A DNA stretch of 64,000 nucleotides from Antechinus flavipes (lineage: Eukaryota), in NCBI RefSeq assembly GCF_016432865.1, contig NC_067400.1:209870001-209934000 (forward strand), given 5' to 3'. Numbering within the stretch: position 1 is the stretch's first letter; each line of letters begins with the position of its first letter. The notes below the pieces were generated by a model. It had not been told where the DNA came from, made no database searches, and saw nothing but the letters and a program-made list of their open reading frames with translations. A program made the translations under genes and the position numbers. Shown here piece after piece: positions 25,610 through 37,540 of this stretch.

Positions 25610-25765
25610 TTATGTTTTTTGATGAGGTAATTGGAGTTAAGTGACTTGTTCAGGGTCACACAGCTAGTATGTATTAAGTCACACAAGTATTTGGGGCAGT
25701 TTTGAACTCAGGTAGTTATAACTCTAGATTCAACACTTTGTCTACTATGCCCCCTAGCTTCCTAT
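25610..25765 (-). mobile_element. WSINE1-like SINE
   Basis: GAGGTAATTGGAGTTAAGTGACTTG...TTTGAACTCAGG...ACTATGCCCCCTAGCT. Confidence 0.7.
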
Positions 25766-26359
25766 AGGCAAATACAGAGTTTTAAGCAGACCCCAAACCC
25801 AAAATTAGCTATAGCCATCTCATATCAGATCAAAGAATATATTTACTTCCTGCACAACAAGTCTATGTCTCTGTTCCTATCACTTATCTGGCCATTATAT
25901 GAACAACTCCAGCTCAACAGTAGCTTTGAATTAAATCTATTCCATGAATAACAAGCCTAAAGTACTCCAGAGCATTAGAAGGAAAAATGGGCAACCAAGT
26001 TTGGATGCCAGCACTCAGATCTCATCAACTTCCCATGCTCTTGTGAGGTTTCTTGTTTCTTCATGAGTGAAAGTTCTGGGCCACACAAGTTCTGAGTGTT
26101 TTCCAAACTGTCTCCTCCTATGAAAACTCTGGTCTCTGGTCCCCAGAGTAATAAACAATACTACAGAAATACTTGCTATGTTTATATGAAGAAGACCAAG
26201 CAAATTATATTGACAAATAAAAATAATTCTGTTAGGTATCAACAACATCCATTTTGCTATACAAAACCTTAAAGTATGAGGCACAGTGATATATCTCCAG
26301 CTATATACCAAATTATCTACTTACTTGGTTTTATAGACTATCAAATTGGCAATGGTTCA

Positions 26360-26700
26360 TTAGATTATTCATTCATTCAATAAATTCAATTCAGTTCCAT
26401 TCAATGAGCATTACTTCATTCCTTTCCATCTGCAAGGTTTTATAATAAACTCTCATATAATGATTAGAAATAATGGTCCCTGCTTTCAATTCAATTCAAT
26501 TGAACAAGCATTTACCAAACACCTACCATATACCAGGCACTATGCAAATTAGTATTAAGATATAAAGAAAATGAAATATTTCTGACTTTAATGGAGTTCA
26601 TACTTCCTATTCATTCATTTAATTAATTGCACATTTATTAAATGCTTATTGTCTCCAATGTACAATGCAAGCCCTGAGGGAGAAAGATGAATGAGACATC
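26360..26700 (-). mobile_element. Cluster of three L2 3'-end fragments
   Basis: Repeated ATTCA(A)TTCA...CATTTA(TT)...ACCTACCATATACCAGGCAC motifs. Confidence 0.65.
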
Positions 26701-27109
26701 TTTAATATAACCATAAACAAAATTTTAAAGGTGGTTGCACTCCCAAAAAACAAGAATAATGTACATTTGGACAGACCCAAATGGAAAACATTAAGCAAAC
26801 TTTTAAAAAAAATTGTTTTTCTTCATAGGCTTTGGTTTCATTGGCCCTGAATGAGGGAGGCCACTGGGGAGAATGGGGAGGAATAGTTATTTGGGCTCCC
26901 GATTGTAATGTCCAGAAGGAATTGCAAGACATTATCCCAGGTCCTGAGATCAACTGACATTATCAGGGGAAAAATAAGCTGCCTGCTTAATATAAATTGA
27001 GAGTTCCCAGTGCCAGAACCACAAGCCAGCTCTGTGGCCTCAGAAGCTGAGTTCAAGGTACAGCATATTGAAGGGGGGAGAAAAACCTGAAGAAGAAGCC
27101 AGTGGGTCA

Positions 27110-27705
27110 AAATTCTCTTTATCTCTGTCTCTGTCTCTGTCTTTGTCTCTGTCTCTGTCTCTGTCTGTATGTCTCTCTCTGCCTCTGTCTCTCTCTCTGT
27201 TTCTCTGTGTCTCTGTGTATGCATCTCTGTCTCTATCTTTCTCTGTCTCCTGTCTCTTTGTCTGTCTGTCTGTCTGTCTCTGTTTCTTTCTCTCTCTGTA
27301 TCTCTGTCTCTCTTTCTCTCTCCCTCCCTTCCTCCCTCCCCCATTTNNNNNNNNNNNNNNNNNNNNNNNNNNNNNNNNNNNNNNNNNNNNNNNNNNNNNN
27401 NNNNNNNNNNNNNNNNNNNNNNNNNNNNNNNNNNNNNNNNNNNNNNNNNNNNNNNNNNNNNNNNNNNNNNNNNNNNNNNTCTTTCTCTGTCTCCCTATCT
27501 CTGTCTCTCTGTCTGTTTCTCTGTGTCTGTCTGTGTCTGTTTGTGTTTCTGTGTGTGNNNNNNNNNNNNNNNNNNNNNNNNNNNNNNNNNNNNNNNNNNN
27601 NNNNNNNNNNNNNNNNNNNNNNNNNNNNNNNNNNNNNNNNNNNNNNNNNNNNNNNNNNNNNNNNNNNNNNNNNNNNNNNNNNNNNNNNCTTCTTCTTCTT
27701 CTTTC
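27110..27705. repeat. Compound (TCTG)/(TC)/(TG) microsatellite spanning two N gaps (27347-27479, 27558-27688)
   Basis: Direct reading; source of several spurious ORFs. Confidence 0.95.
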
Positions 27706-28376
27706 TTGTTGGAATGAAGTTTTAGTTACAGATACTGTCTTCAGAAAAATATCAACTCCAAGTTGAAATTGAGGTTCATGTTAACTCATTAAATTTTTAC
27801 AGTTTTCAGAACTGTTTTCTAATGTTTATGTTGTCACACCCATAACAGCAGCTGGTGCCCCTAATTGAGATCACAGCTCTTGCCCAGAAATTTCACCAGA
27901 TTCTAAACCAAAGTACTGCTATCTCAATGGAAAGTTTCTTTTTTTTTTTTTTAAACAAAGTCTCAAAATGGAAATTCAGTCTCCAAACTATGACCTATCC
28001 TTGGCAGAAAAATTAAAGCAGGTGAAATTGGTCCCTAGGGTCCCAACTTTCAATTTTACTTCCTTTTCTCACTTATGTAGAGTTCTCAAACTCTCTATTC
28101 TGTGTCTTTTCCACACTTTCTCTTATCTTTCAGATACCAGTATTCTCGTGTTTCCTCAATAAAAACATGGTCTTCAAAATAGTAACTTATTCCTACTGAA
28201 GTGAAAGTAACTGATACAAGCTTCAACAGGCTCCCTTCGGCTAGGAGTAAGAATGAAGTTTTTCTTTTAAGTAACTGAATTGAACCTAAAGAAATGAATT
28301 TTGGGTCCAATTTCAGCCATGAGATGTCAACTGAGAATGGTTAGAAGGCACAGAAGAAGTTTGCCATCACCCTGCC

Positions 28377-28415
28377 AAAAATAAAATAAAATAAAATAAA
28401 ATAAAATAAAATAAA
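28377..28415. repeat. (AAAAT)n microsatellite
   Basis: Direct reading. Confidence 0.95.
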
Positions 28416-28759
28416 TCCCCTAAGTGGCATCTACTATGTCCACATAAAAGGCTAAGTTTTCCATACAATCAACATATATCTCACTGGTCTGTAAGCCAGA
28501 AGTCTTGGGTGTGAGGTTCAGCACCACTAATTACCTTTATGACTGAACATTTACATTTACATCTCGAACTTCAATTTCTTTGTCTGAAGAATAGGAGGTC
28601 CAATTTAATTGTTTCTAATGAAATTCACTATTCATATTTTAAGTATCTTTCTTTTGATAGGTGTAATACCTTATGGGGATTTAAAGATAAAATGAAGAAA
28701 TTCCTCCCTTGTAGAATTCTACAAGATTATATTGTGGGTATGTGGTGTCTACTTCGGTT

Positions 28760-28950
28760 TAATAGTAGTCATCTCATATCTGGGGGGAGGGAAGAAAAAA
28801 TGTACATGATAATTTTGTTGTATATTTGAAAAGAATAGCAAGTTGTGCACAGTAGAGAAGCAGTTTCATGTCCAATCATCTTTTTTATTGTACTGTGCTA
28901 TGGAAGTGCTTGTCTTATTCCATAAATTAAAAATGAAATTGCAACAAATC
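28760..28950 (+). mobile_element. Old marsupial L1 3' terminal fragment
   Basis: AAAAGAATAGCAAGTTGTGCACAGTAGA...CAGTTTCATG...TTCCATAAATTAAAAAT. Confidence 0.65.
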
Positions 28951-29159
28951 AAGCCTTGATGTGTAGCATTTGCTTATTTCCCAAGAATAAATGTTCAGAC
29001 AAAAAATTTAATAATCAGTTCTCTCTTGAGAATTGGTAGGAGATGGATCCAACATAATCCTGTTTCCCAAACAAAAAACAATTCATATTGCACTTGTATT
29101 TAGGTTAGAAGGAAAGACATACTAATTCATGCTAAGACAAAGTCACATTTCTTCTATAG

Positions 29160-29760
29160 TATTATTTCATTTCTATTTAACAAATAGTTATTAAGGATCT
29201 AGTAGGTGCTAGGTGCTAGGAAAACAGGTAAGACTTATATTCTACTAGAAAAAAGCAATATTTGTATAATTAAGTGAATACAAGATAATATAAGAAAGGA
29301 GAGAAACACTGACAGCTAAGGAGATCAGGAAAGAGTTCCTACTGGAGATGGCAAATGACTTGAGCCTACAAGAATATATGTATTTTTAGAGGTTGAGATG
29401 AGAAGGAATTGTATTTCAGGTACATGGAACAGTTTGTACTATTCAGATTTCACCAAGTTATTCAGTTTGACTGGAGTTAGTGAGGGGATTAATTGGAAAT
29501 AATTGTGGTAAGGTATATTGAAAAAATATTGTAAAAGTTTTTAAGTGCCAAATTGAATTTGTATTTCATAGAAGTCAATAGGGAGCCATTGTGGATTCTT
29601 GAGCAAGAAAGCTATCTGGTCAGAATTGTGCTTTTAGAAGGTTATTTTGGCATTTATATGAAGGATAATGATGGGAAGGGGCACAAGAGAGAAAGACTGA
29701 TAGCAGCAGATTAAATTTGGTGTTTTGTTAGCCAAAATTAGAAAAGATTATACAAGAGTC
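29160..29760 (-). mobile_element. L2 3' region
   Basis: TAACAAATAGTTATTAAGG...GTGCTAGG...AATAGGGAGCCATTGTGGATTCTTGAGCA...AGAGTCCAAG. Confidence 0.65.
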
Positions 29761-30347
29761 CAAGATGGAAGGCTATTTTGTGGTAGCTGGAACTAAGGTA
29801 CTTAATAGGAAAACTTCATCAACAACTATGTCCTATAGAGGTAAATTATATTTGCAAGTGGTATTTCTTATTAAATTGTTGTATTCCATTCACTTTACTC
29901 AAGATTCCCAAGGGTAACCTCGGATCTAGGAAGAAAGTACTAGTATTCCAAGTTCTATACAAAGATTATTCACAAGAAACATGTCCTATCAAATTAAAAG
30001 AAAAATTATTCTGTACAACCTGAATATCTACCTATTTGTGGTTTCAATGATACTCCTGTATATTCTCCAATTATACCTTATTGATAAATGTTGACATTCA
30101 GTTCTAATTTAATTTGCCGTGTTAGGAACAAAAGCCACCAGTTCTTCCTATTTAAACCATATCTTAAACCAAAATAGCCTTTTGGCATCATAAAGCTTTT
30201 GTTATGAAAATGAAAGGAGGTAAAAAGAAGTCTAGCTTCATCTTGATGAGAGAAATGATTATTAATAACCAATAATTTGGGGAGATCTAGAGTTTTTCTG
30301 TTTTTCTAAAATCATAATTTTAAAAGTTTAGTCTCTTGAAGGACATG

Positions 30348-31616
30348 GCTGATTGGTTGTTTGATTGGTAGTTGTCCTTCATTCTCGAAGGACCAAGATA
30401 ACATCCCTATGTTAAGAGTCAAATTGCAGTGTGTCCTACTATGGCAGATCAAATCAATGTGAGCTCAAAAGGCTCTGCCACAAATAATTATGAACATTTG
30501 GAGTGGATTCTCTAACTTTGTGCATCTCACATTTCTTTTGAGTTGCTTCAATTCTGCTTTGCTTTTATTGAACACAACACTTTTTCTGATTAGAGAACAC
30601 ATGTGCTAATATTCCTATGTCATGCAATCAATTATAAAGTTTATTTTTGCAAGGCAATTAGGGTTAAGTGACTTTCCCAGGATCATACAACTTCCAAGTT
30701 TCAGAGTCTGAGTCTGGGTTTGAATTCCGGCCCTCCTGACTTCAGGGCTAGTGCTCTATACACTGCTATACACTATCTAGCTGCTCCCAATTCTCAAGTT
30801 CTTAAGCGAGATCTTGAGAGTGTTCTTGTATCACTTTGTTTTGATTACCATGCGAGTGCTTGTCCTGTATAAGTTCTCCATAAAATAGTCTTTTGGCAAG
30901 CATATGTTAGACATTCAAACAATGTGGCCAGCCCAACAGAGTTGTGCTCTCTGTAGTAGAGTTTGGACACTTGACAGTTTAATTAGAAAAAGGACCTCAG
31001 TTTCTGGTATCTTATTCTGCCAGGTGATCTTCAGAATCTTCCTAAGACAATTCAAATGGAAACAATTCTGTTTCTTAGAATGCCTCTGATCCAGATTTCA
31101 CAGGCATTCACCAATGAGATCAGTACAACATCTCTGTAGACCTTCAGTGTGATAGTCCATCTAATACCTGTCCTCTCCCACACTTTCCTTCAGTGCACCC
31201 CAAACACTGAACTAGTTCTAGCAATGCATGTGTCAATTCCATTATCAGTGTGGACATACTGGTAAGTGACCTAATCTGCAGCATTAAAAACTTCTCCAAG
31301 GATGATGTGGTGCTGATGGAGCACTTGCGCTTTCTTAGTGCTAATCATTAGACCAAACTAAGCAGAGAATAGAGCTATTCTGCATCTCAGTTTGGGAGGC
31401 TGCATTGAGTGCACAATCATCTGCAAACAAAAAATCACTTCATGCTGTATCCTTTTCAGGCCTGTAGCCTTTTCAAGTTGAAGAATTTACCATTAGTGTG
31501 GTAGCTGATCTTGATGCCATGTTTATCCTCATTAAAGATGTTTGACAATATGGCTGAAAACATAATCCTAAAAAATATGAGAGCAAGCACACAACCTTGT
31601 TTTATTCCATTAGGTA
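30348..31616 (-). mobile_element. RTE-clade LINE (RTE_Mars-like), 5'-truncated inside the RT
   Basis: Tail of (CAAT/CAAC)-like units, typical RTE 3' UTR GTTGTCCTTCATTCTCGAAG; antisense RT with LFADDCAL (GTGCACAATCATCTGCAAACAA) and GCV-LA segment. Confidence 0.9.
30652..30788 (-). mobile_element. WSINE1-like SINE nested in the RTE
   Basis: AGGCAATTAGGGTTAAGTGACTT...TTTGAATTCCGGCCCTCCTGAC...TCTAGCTGCTCCC; degenerate TSD AATTATAAAGTT / AATTCTCAAGTT. Confidence 0.8.
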
Positions 31617-31694
31617 CTGATCTCAGAAGCTAAGTAACTAAGGCCTGGTTAATGTTTGGATGGGAGACTGCCTGAGAATACCAAGCTATAGGCT
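31617..31694 (+). pseudogene. 5S rRNA retropseudogene fragment (about nt 39-119)
   Basis: CTGATCTCAGAAGCTAAG...GGCCTGGTTAATGTTTGGATGGGAGACTGCCTGAGAATACC..CTATAGGCT aligns to the 3' two-thirds of vertebrate 5S rRNA, including box A and box C. Confidence 0.92.
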
Positions 31695-32169
31695 ATTAAT
31701 GAAATTAGATTAAGATCCTACCAGTTCTGGGGCAGCCATTGTGTCTGCTTAGAATTCAGGGGAATTTATGTTCTTTCAGTAGATGTCAAAACTGGGCATT
31801 TTTTGGGTGTAGAGATAGTTTCTCTGCTCAAGGGGCCTGGATGTCATTCCCAGTCCCTCATTTTACTATAGTCCACTTCATCAATCAGAATTGATTTCTA
31901 TTTGATGGACTATTTCTAATCCAAAAGCCAAAAAAAAAAAAAAAAAAAGAAAGAACCTAAAGAAGTAACTGTGCCCTTTTTTATTGACAAATGAGAGGAC
32001 AAGGAGTTGTTTTGTCAATCTCTTGCTCTTTGTGATTAATAAAATCGATTATAATTTACACAAAACTTCGTCTCTCAAAATTATTTTAATTTCTACCTTG
32101 ACAGGAACTTGCCTAAGCTTTCCTAAATTCCCCTCCAACAACTTTAAAACAGCACTTCAAAATGAATTG

Positions 32170-32575
32170 TGGTCTCTCTTTATTTTTGAGCTTCAAGGAA
32201 GAAGAGCACCAAATCTGGATAGATTTTCAGGTAAATTTTATCAAACATCTGGGGCTCAACTAGTTCCATTATTGGATGAATTATTTCGAGTAAGAGGTAG
32301 GGAGGGAATACTTCCAGGGTTTTTTTTTTATGAAGTAAGTATGGTGCTGTTGCCTAGATCAAGAGGACAAGGAGTGGAGGAGCAAGACCATAGACTAATT
32401 TCATTGATGAATATGGATGTAGGAAATCCTAGATGAAATATTATCTGGGAGATTATGGTGGTATATTACAAAGGTTCTACATTGTGATCAGGTGAGATTT
32501 GTATCAATAACGCTGGGATGGTTTAACATAGAGCATAATTGATTACATCATTAATAAAAGTAAAAAATATGAAAA
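32170..32575 (+). mobile_element. L1 ORF2 fragment (Z/RT N-terminal region), G-enriched
   Basis: Translates ...APNLDRFSGKFYQTSGAQLVPLLDELF...GILP..FYEVSMVLLPR...HRLISLMNMDV, homologous to the L1 KSPGPDGFT.EFYQTFKE...YRPISLMNID region. Confidence 0.9.
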
Positions 32576-32599
32576 TGAATTTTGAAATAGTGAATCCAA

Positions 32600-33235
32600 T
32601 AATAGGGCAGGATAAAGTCCAAGACAATTTAGAAGGTTAATGGGAAAAGTCTATCTCATTGAAGTGAGAGTGAGGTAACTGGCTATGCAGGCAAACCAGC
32701 AGAAGCGGTCCCCTAGTAAGGCAATAGCAAGGCAGAAGCAAAGCTCTGTGCTCTAGTAGGAGGCAGCAATAAGGCCTGACAAAACAATAGTAGGATCCAT
32801 CTCAAGAAGCCAGTGCAGGCTTTGGGAACAACTGATTTAGAGGCAGTGATTCTTAGAGCTCTCAGCCACAGACAGTGAGAAGGCTGGACAACTGGGAGTC
32901 GTTCAAAGAAATTACAGGATATGCTGTAGTCACTAAGTGCAGGACTCTGTTGCATTGCCCATATACAAATCTGAATCACAGATGCAGGTTGTCGTCCCAA
33001 GGTGAGAAGAAGCACTAGTACACTAGAGTGTGTAGCTGCAGGGAAGTGGGAATTCTAGTCACAAATTCAGGGTGGAAAGGGTGTTATGTGGTCACTCACA
33101 GACGAGAGCAAAGGCCAGGAGAGTAGTGACAACACCTTTCCTTAGATCATATCACCTTGGAAGACCTGAAACAGGTACCCAATATTAGCTCTGAAAACAA
33201 ACTGAAGCTTGGGATAATTTCCTCTTCTACTCAGA
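32600..33235 (+). mobile_element. Probable L1 5' UTR region
   Basis: GC-moderate sequence resembling marsupial L1 5' UTR (GGCCAGGAGAGTAGTGAC...CCTTAGATCATATCACCTTGGAAG); ORF1 lies downstream at 33895. Confidence 0.55.
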
Positions 33236-33239
33236 AGCA

Positions 33240-33830
33240 ATACAATAATCCAAGACAATCCTAAAGAACTAATGCTGTTTTTGATTTTCTTCCCGGGTTA
33301 TTTTTACCTTCTGAATCCAATTCTCCCTGTGCAACAAGAGAACTGTTCGGTTCTGCAAACATATATCGTATCTAGGATATACTGCAACATATCTAACATA
33401 TATAAAACTGCTTGCCATCTAGGGGAGGGGGTGGAGGGAGGGAGGGGAAAAATCAAAACAGAAGCGAGTGCAAGGGATAATGTTGTAAAAAATTACCCTG
33501 GCATGGATTCTGTCAATATAAAGTTATTATTAAATAAAATAGAATTTAAAAAATTAAAATTAAAATAAATAAAAAAATAAAAAGAACTAATGCTGAAACA
33601 TCATATCTGTTTCCAGAGAAAGTACTGGTATTGATTAAATACAAACTGAAGCTTGCTATTTTTCCACTTTTTTCTTTTTTTTTCTTTTATTTAAGTCTTC
33701 TTGTACAAAATGATTAATATGGAAATATTTTACATAATTGTATATATGTAATCTAAATCTAAATTGCTTACCATCTCAGGGAAGGATGAGAGAAAGATAG
33801 AATTTGGAACTCAAAACTGTTAAAAAAAAA
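33240..33830 (+). mobile_element. Older L1 3' UTR fragment, split by the young L1 at 33278-33580
   Basis: ATCCAAGACAATCC...TTCCAGAGAAAG...GGAAAGATAGAATTTGGAACTC. Confidence 0.7.
33278..33580 (+). mobile_element. Young 5'-truncated L1 3' end with perfect 15-bp TSD
   Basis: TSD AAAGAACTAATGCTG at 33263-33277 and 33581-33595; A-rich tail; CpGs retained (CCCGGG, TTCGG, ATCGT, GCGAG). Confidence 0.92.
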
Positions 33831-33894
33831 AAAGTGCTGTTTTTTTTTTTTTTTTAATTGTGGAAAAAAATAGAATTCCTTAAAAATTTGAATT

Positions 33895-34400
33895 GGGCAA
33901 GTAGAAACCAATGACTCTGTGAGACATCATGAAACAAAAAAGCAAAATCAAGACAATGAAAAAAAAAAGAGAGAAAATATATTTCACACTAGAAAAACAA
34001 CTGACCTAGAAAATAAATACAGGAGAGATAAATTTAAAAAATTATTAGACTACCTGAAAGCCATGATCAACAAAGGAGCCTAGACATCTTTTAAGAAATT
34101 ATCAAGGAAATCTTCTCTGATATATTAGATCCAGAGAGCAAAACAGAAATTGAATAAGGGATCTTGGTTGATTGATTGAATAAAAGAGATCTCAAAATGA
34201 AAACTCCCAGAAATATTAGAGCCAAGTTGCAGAGTTCTCTGATCAAGGAGAAAATACTGCAATCAGCCTGAAAGAAACAATTTAAATATTATGGAGCCAC
34301 AATAAAGATTACACAGGATTTAGCAACTTCCATCTTAAAGGAGTGGAGGGTTTGGGATGTGATACTTTGAAAGATAAAGGAGATAGAATTATAACTAATT
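33895..34400 (+). mobile_element. L1 ORF1 fragment
   Basis: GAAAAACAACTGACCTAGAAAAT...CCTGAAAGCCATGATC...AAAACTCCCAGAAATATT...GGAGCCACAAT...GATTTAGCA, the L1 ORF1 RRM/CTD region. Confidence 0.8.
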
Positions 34401-36141
34401 GATAACTTAAAGTGTTCAAAAAAAAAACAACCCCATATTTTGCAATAAATTTTGTGTCATTTTCAATTCAATTAGTTTTACCTCCCCAATTACTTTGGGA
34501 CTCTTCTGCAGATGAGTATAGGTAGGGATAAAAGAGTATACTTTAAGGATAGGTAGGAATGCAGTCTGTGACCTGGAAAACAGTTCATCATCTTGCTAGC
34601 CTCTTTATATGCAATTAAGATATTCAAGCTTCTGACTTTTTCTAGGTTGGTAAATGCTGATTCCTTTCACATTTCAACATCTGTATCTTTTAGCTTCTAT
34701 AGATTTTCTGCTTTGCTGAAGTTCTCTAAGGCATTTCTTCTTATAATAGGAAGTAGTGGAATATTGATATGCCATTCTTAGCTCCAAATATAATGAAAAA
34801 TTTCTTAACATAATTATAGATTTAGAGCTGTGAGGACCTTTAAAAGCTGTCTAGTAGAACTAGTAGCCAAAAATAAAGTGGCTTGCTTTAAGATGACATT
34901 GCCGGTAGATAACAGAGATAGGATTAGAATCCAGATCTTCATATTCTTAATCCTGCTTGCTTGTAGTTCTAGAGACAAGTTCATGAATGATGTTTTCCTT
35001 AGGTGGCAAATTGATCTATTTGTCTAAGGGCATCATTCTCAACTGGGCCAAGAAATGCATTTTAGGAAACAATTCTAATAATTAGTATACACATTATACA
35101 AATACAAATGCAAAATACACAATATTCCCCCAAGATGTTTCATTTAGGTATGGATGATTTCTATGAATAGAGTTCATATGAATCTAAATAAGCTTTACAT
35201 CTCTGAGCCTATATTTACTTATAAAATGGGAATGTAGCATAATCTTATTTTGTAGTTATCTTGTAGTCAAATTAGACAACATAACTATAAATGCTCAATG
35301 AATCAAAAATATTGGCCACTATTATTTTTTGTACATTTTCATAGTTTATCATGTCTGGCTATTGCAAAATTGAAATATACAGAGTTAGGTATATCTTTTT
35401 TGTGAAATTTTCGTGCCCCACTGAACCTAGTAGTGATTTAATTGGAGGTACTAATTTACAAGCAGTTAAATTAGATTATTTTCACTTTGTTTTGTAATGA
35501 CTATAGAGGCAGGATGGTATAACAACAGGACTTTGGAAAACTTTCAAGTCAGTTTCAAATGACATCTTAAATACTTTTTAACTGTATGACTATGGGAAAG
35601 TCCCTTAATCTCTTTGAACTTCACACAACTACTTATCTGCTAAGTAAAAAAAAGATATAAACACAGACTTTTTGAAAACTAGAATGACCACTATGAAATC
35701 TATCTTTGGAAAACCATCATGGTTTCTTAACCTTTGGCTTTTGCAAGTGATGTGCATGAAAAAGGAAGACTCATAACACAATTCAAGTAGTCATTTGTTT
35801 CCATATTACTCTAGATTAGCACTTCCTCAAACTTTATTTAGAAGAAAGATATCTCCTATCATAAGAGTAACAGTCTTATGAGAAAATGCCAAAGCTATGA
35901 GATCAACTAGAACTCAGAACTCTCCCAACTTAGCAAATTGGCTTTCTAAGATGCGGTGGTTGAATTATCCTTTAGGGAATCTATCTTTGCCCTCACCTTA
36001 GTTCTTTTATTTGAAGATTCAGAGATTTAGTGAAAAATGTAACTTTGTGCAAAAATTTACATGCTGTCCCTTATTCTGCCCCAGTAGTGAAAACCTTAAT
36101 AACCAACCCTCTTTCTTCCACCCCAAATCCATATATATGTG

Positions 36142-36147
<6 letters not shown>

Positions 36148-36186
<39 letters not shown>
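36148..36186. repeat. (TG)n microsatellite
   Basis: Direct reading. Confidence 0.97.
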
Positions 36187-36189
<3 letters not shown>

Positions 36190-36734
36190 GTTCTGTACCA
36201 CCAAAAGTAAGAGAGAAACTTTTTGAAGTGATCTAGACCTATTGTTTGATTGGTGTTAAAAATTTCCTATACTAACTGTTCAGCTACTCTGTTCCATATA
36301 GCGCAGAGAGATTAAAATGACTTGTCTACAGTCATACAACCAGTATGTTTCAGAAAGAGGAATTAAATAAACTTAGATCTTCCTGATTTGGGTCCTGACC
36401 ATGTAGTCACTAATACTTGCTTGTTCTTGAGTGAAAAGTTAAAGTGCTCATATTGCCCTGAAGTGATTTTGTGATTTACTTTCAGAAACACCCATTCAGT
36501 CTCTGGCATAACTCAAGCCTATTCTAATATGTGCATAGCTTTCCTCTCCTCACTGCCTTTTAGAGATCTTAAGCTTCTTTCTTGACTTCAGAGTTTTGAA
36601 TTTATTGGTTTTATCTATATTTTTTAAGGTCAAAAGTGTGCTATGGTCAATTTACTTTGGGAAGGGCAACTGTAGATACAATTCTACTTGTACTTTATTC
36701 TTTTGCTTTTTGCAAGCTTTGAGACAATTAAGAA

Positions 36735-37540
36735 TGATCGCATTTCTAATACATTGCAAATGTATTCATTCCAATAGTGGAGTTGTGAACTAATCCAATC
36801 ATTCTGTAGAGCAATATGGAACTGTGTCCAAAGGGCTATCAAATTGCATATCCTTTCATCCAGTAGCACCACTATTGAGTCTATATCCCAAAGAGTTCAT
36901 AAAAAGAGAGAAAAGGACTCACATGTGCAAAAATGTTTGAAGCAGCTCTTTTTTGTGGTAGCAAGGAATTGGAAATTGAGTGAATGCCCATCAGTTGGGG
37001 AATGGCTGAAAAAGTTATGAATGCAAAGGAATACCATTGTTCTATAACAAATGATGAGAAGCAGATTTCAGAAAGGCCTGGAAAGACTTACATGAACTGA
37101 TGCTGAGTGAAGTGAGCAGAACCAGAGTATTGTACATAGTAATAGCAACACTGTTAGATAATCACTTATGATAGACTTAATTCTTCTCACCAATGCAATT
37201 ATTCAAAACATTCAAAACAATTCAAGGGACTTATTATAGAAAATGCTGATGACATCCAGAGAAAGGACCATGGAGTATGAATGCAGATTGAAGCATATTA
37301 TTTTTACTTTGGTTTTTTTTTCCTTTCTCATAGTTTTTCCTTTTGCTCTAAGACTTCTTTCAAAACATGACTAATGTGGAACAAAGTTTAACATGATTGT
37401 ACATATATAATCTATATCAGATTGCTTATTGTTTTGGGGGGGAGGAAAGTGAGGGGAGCAGAAAAATTAGTAAGTTCAAAATTTTACAAAGATGAATGTT
37501 AAAAACTATTTTTATGTGTAATTTTAAAAATGTTATTAAA
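36735..37540 (+). mobile_element. L1 ORF2 end plus 3' UTR
   Basis: GGTGGAG/AGTTGTGAACTAATCCAATCATTCTG...CCAAAGGGCTATCAAA...ATCCAGTAGC... through to the 3' terminus. Confidence 0.88.

Noticed and set aside
26015-26311. 98-aa minus-strand ORF
   Set aside because: No recognisable domain, no true ATG context and no splice support; length is within chance expectation.
26838-27766. Long ORFs of 168-232 aa
   Set aside because: Made of (TC)/(TCTG) microsatellite and N gaps.
31617-31694. Functional 5S rRNA gene
   Set aside because: It lacks the first 38 nt or so, has many substitutions and no oligo-T terminator; it is a pseudogene fragment.
31700-31950. Processed pseudogene ending in the A-run at about 31930-31948
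   Set aside because: No poly(A) signal, no TSD and no recognisable coding sequence.
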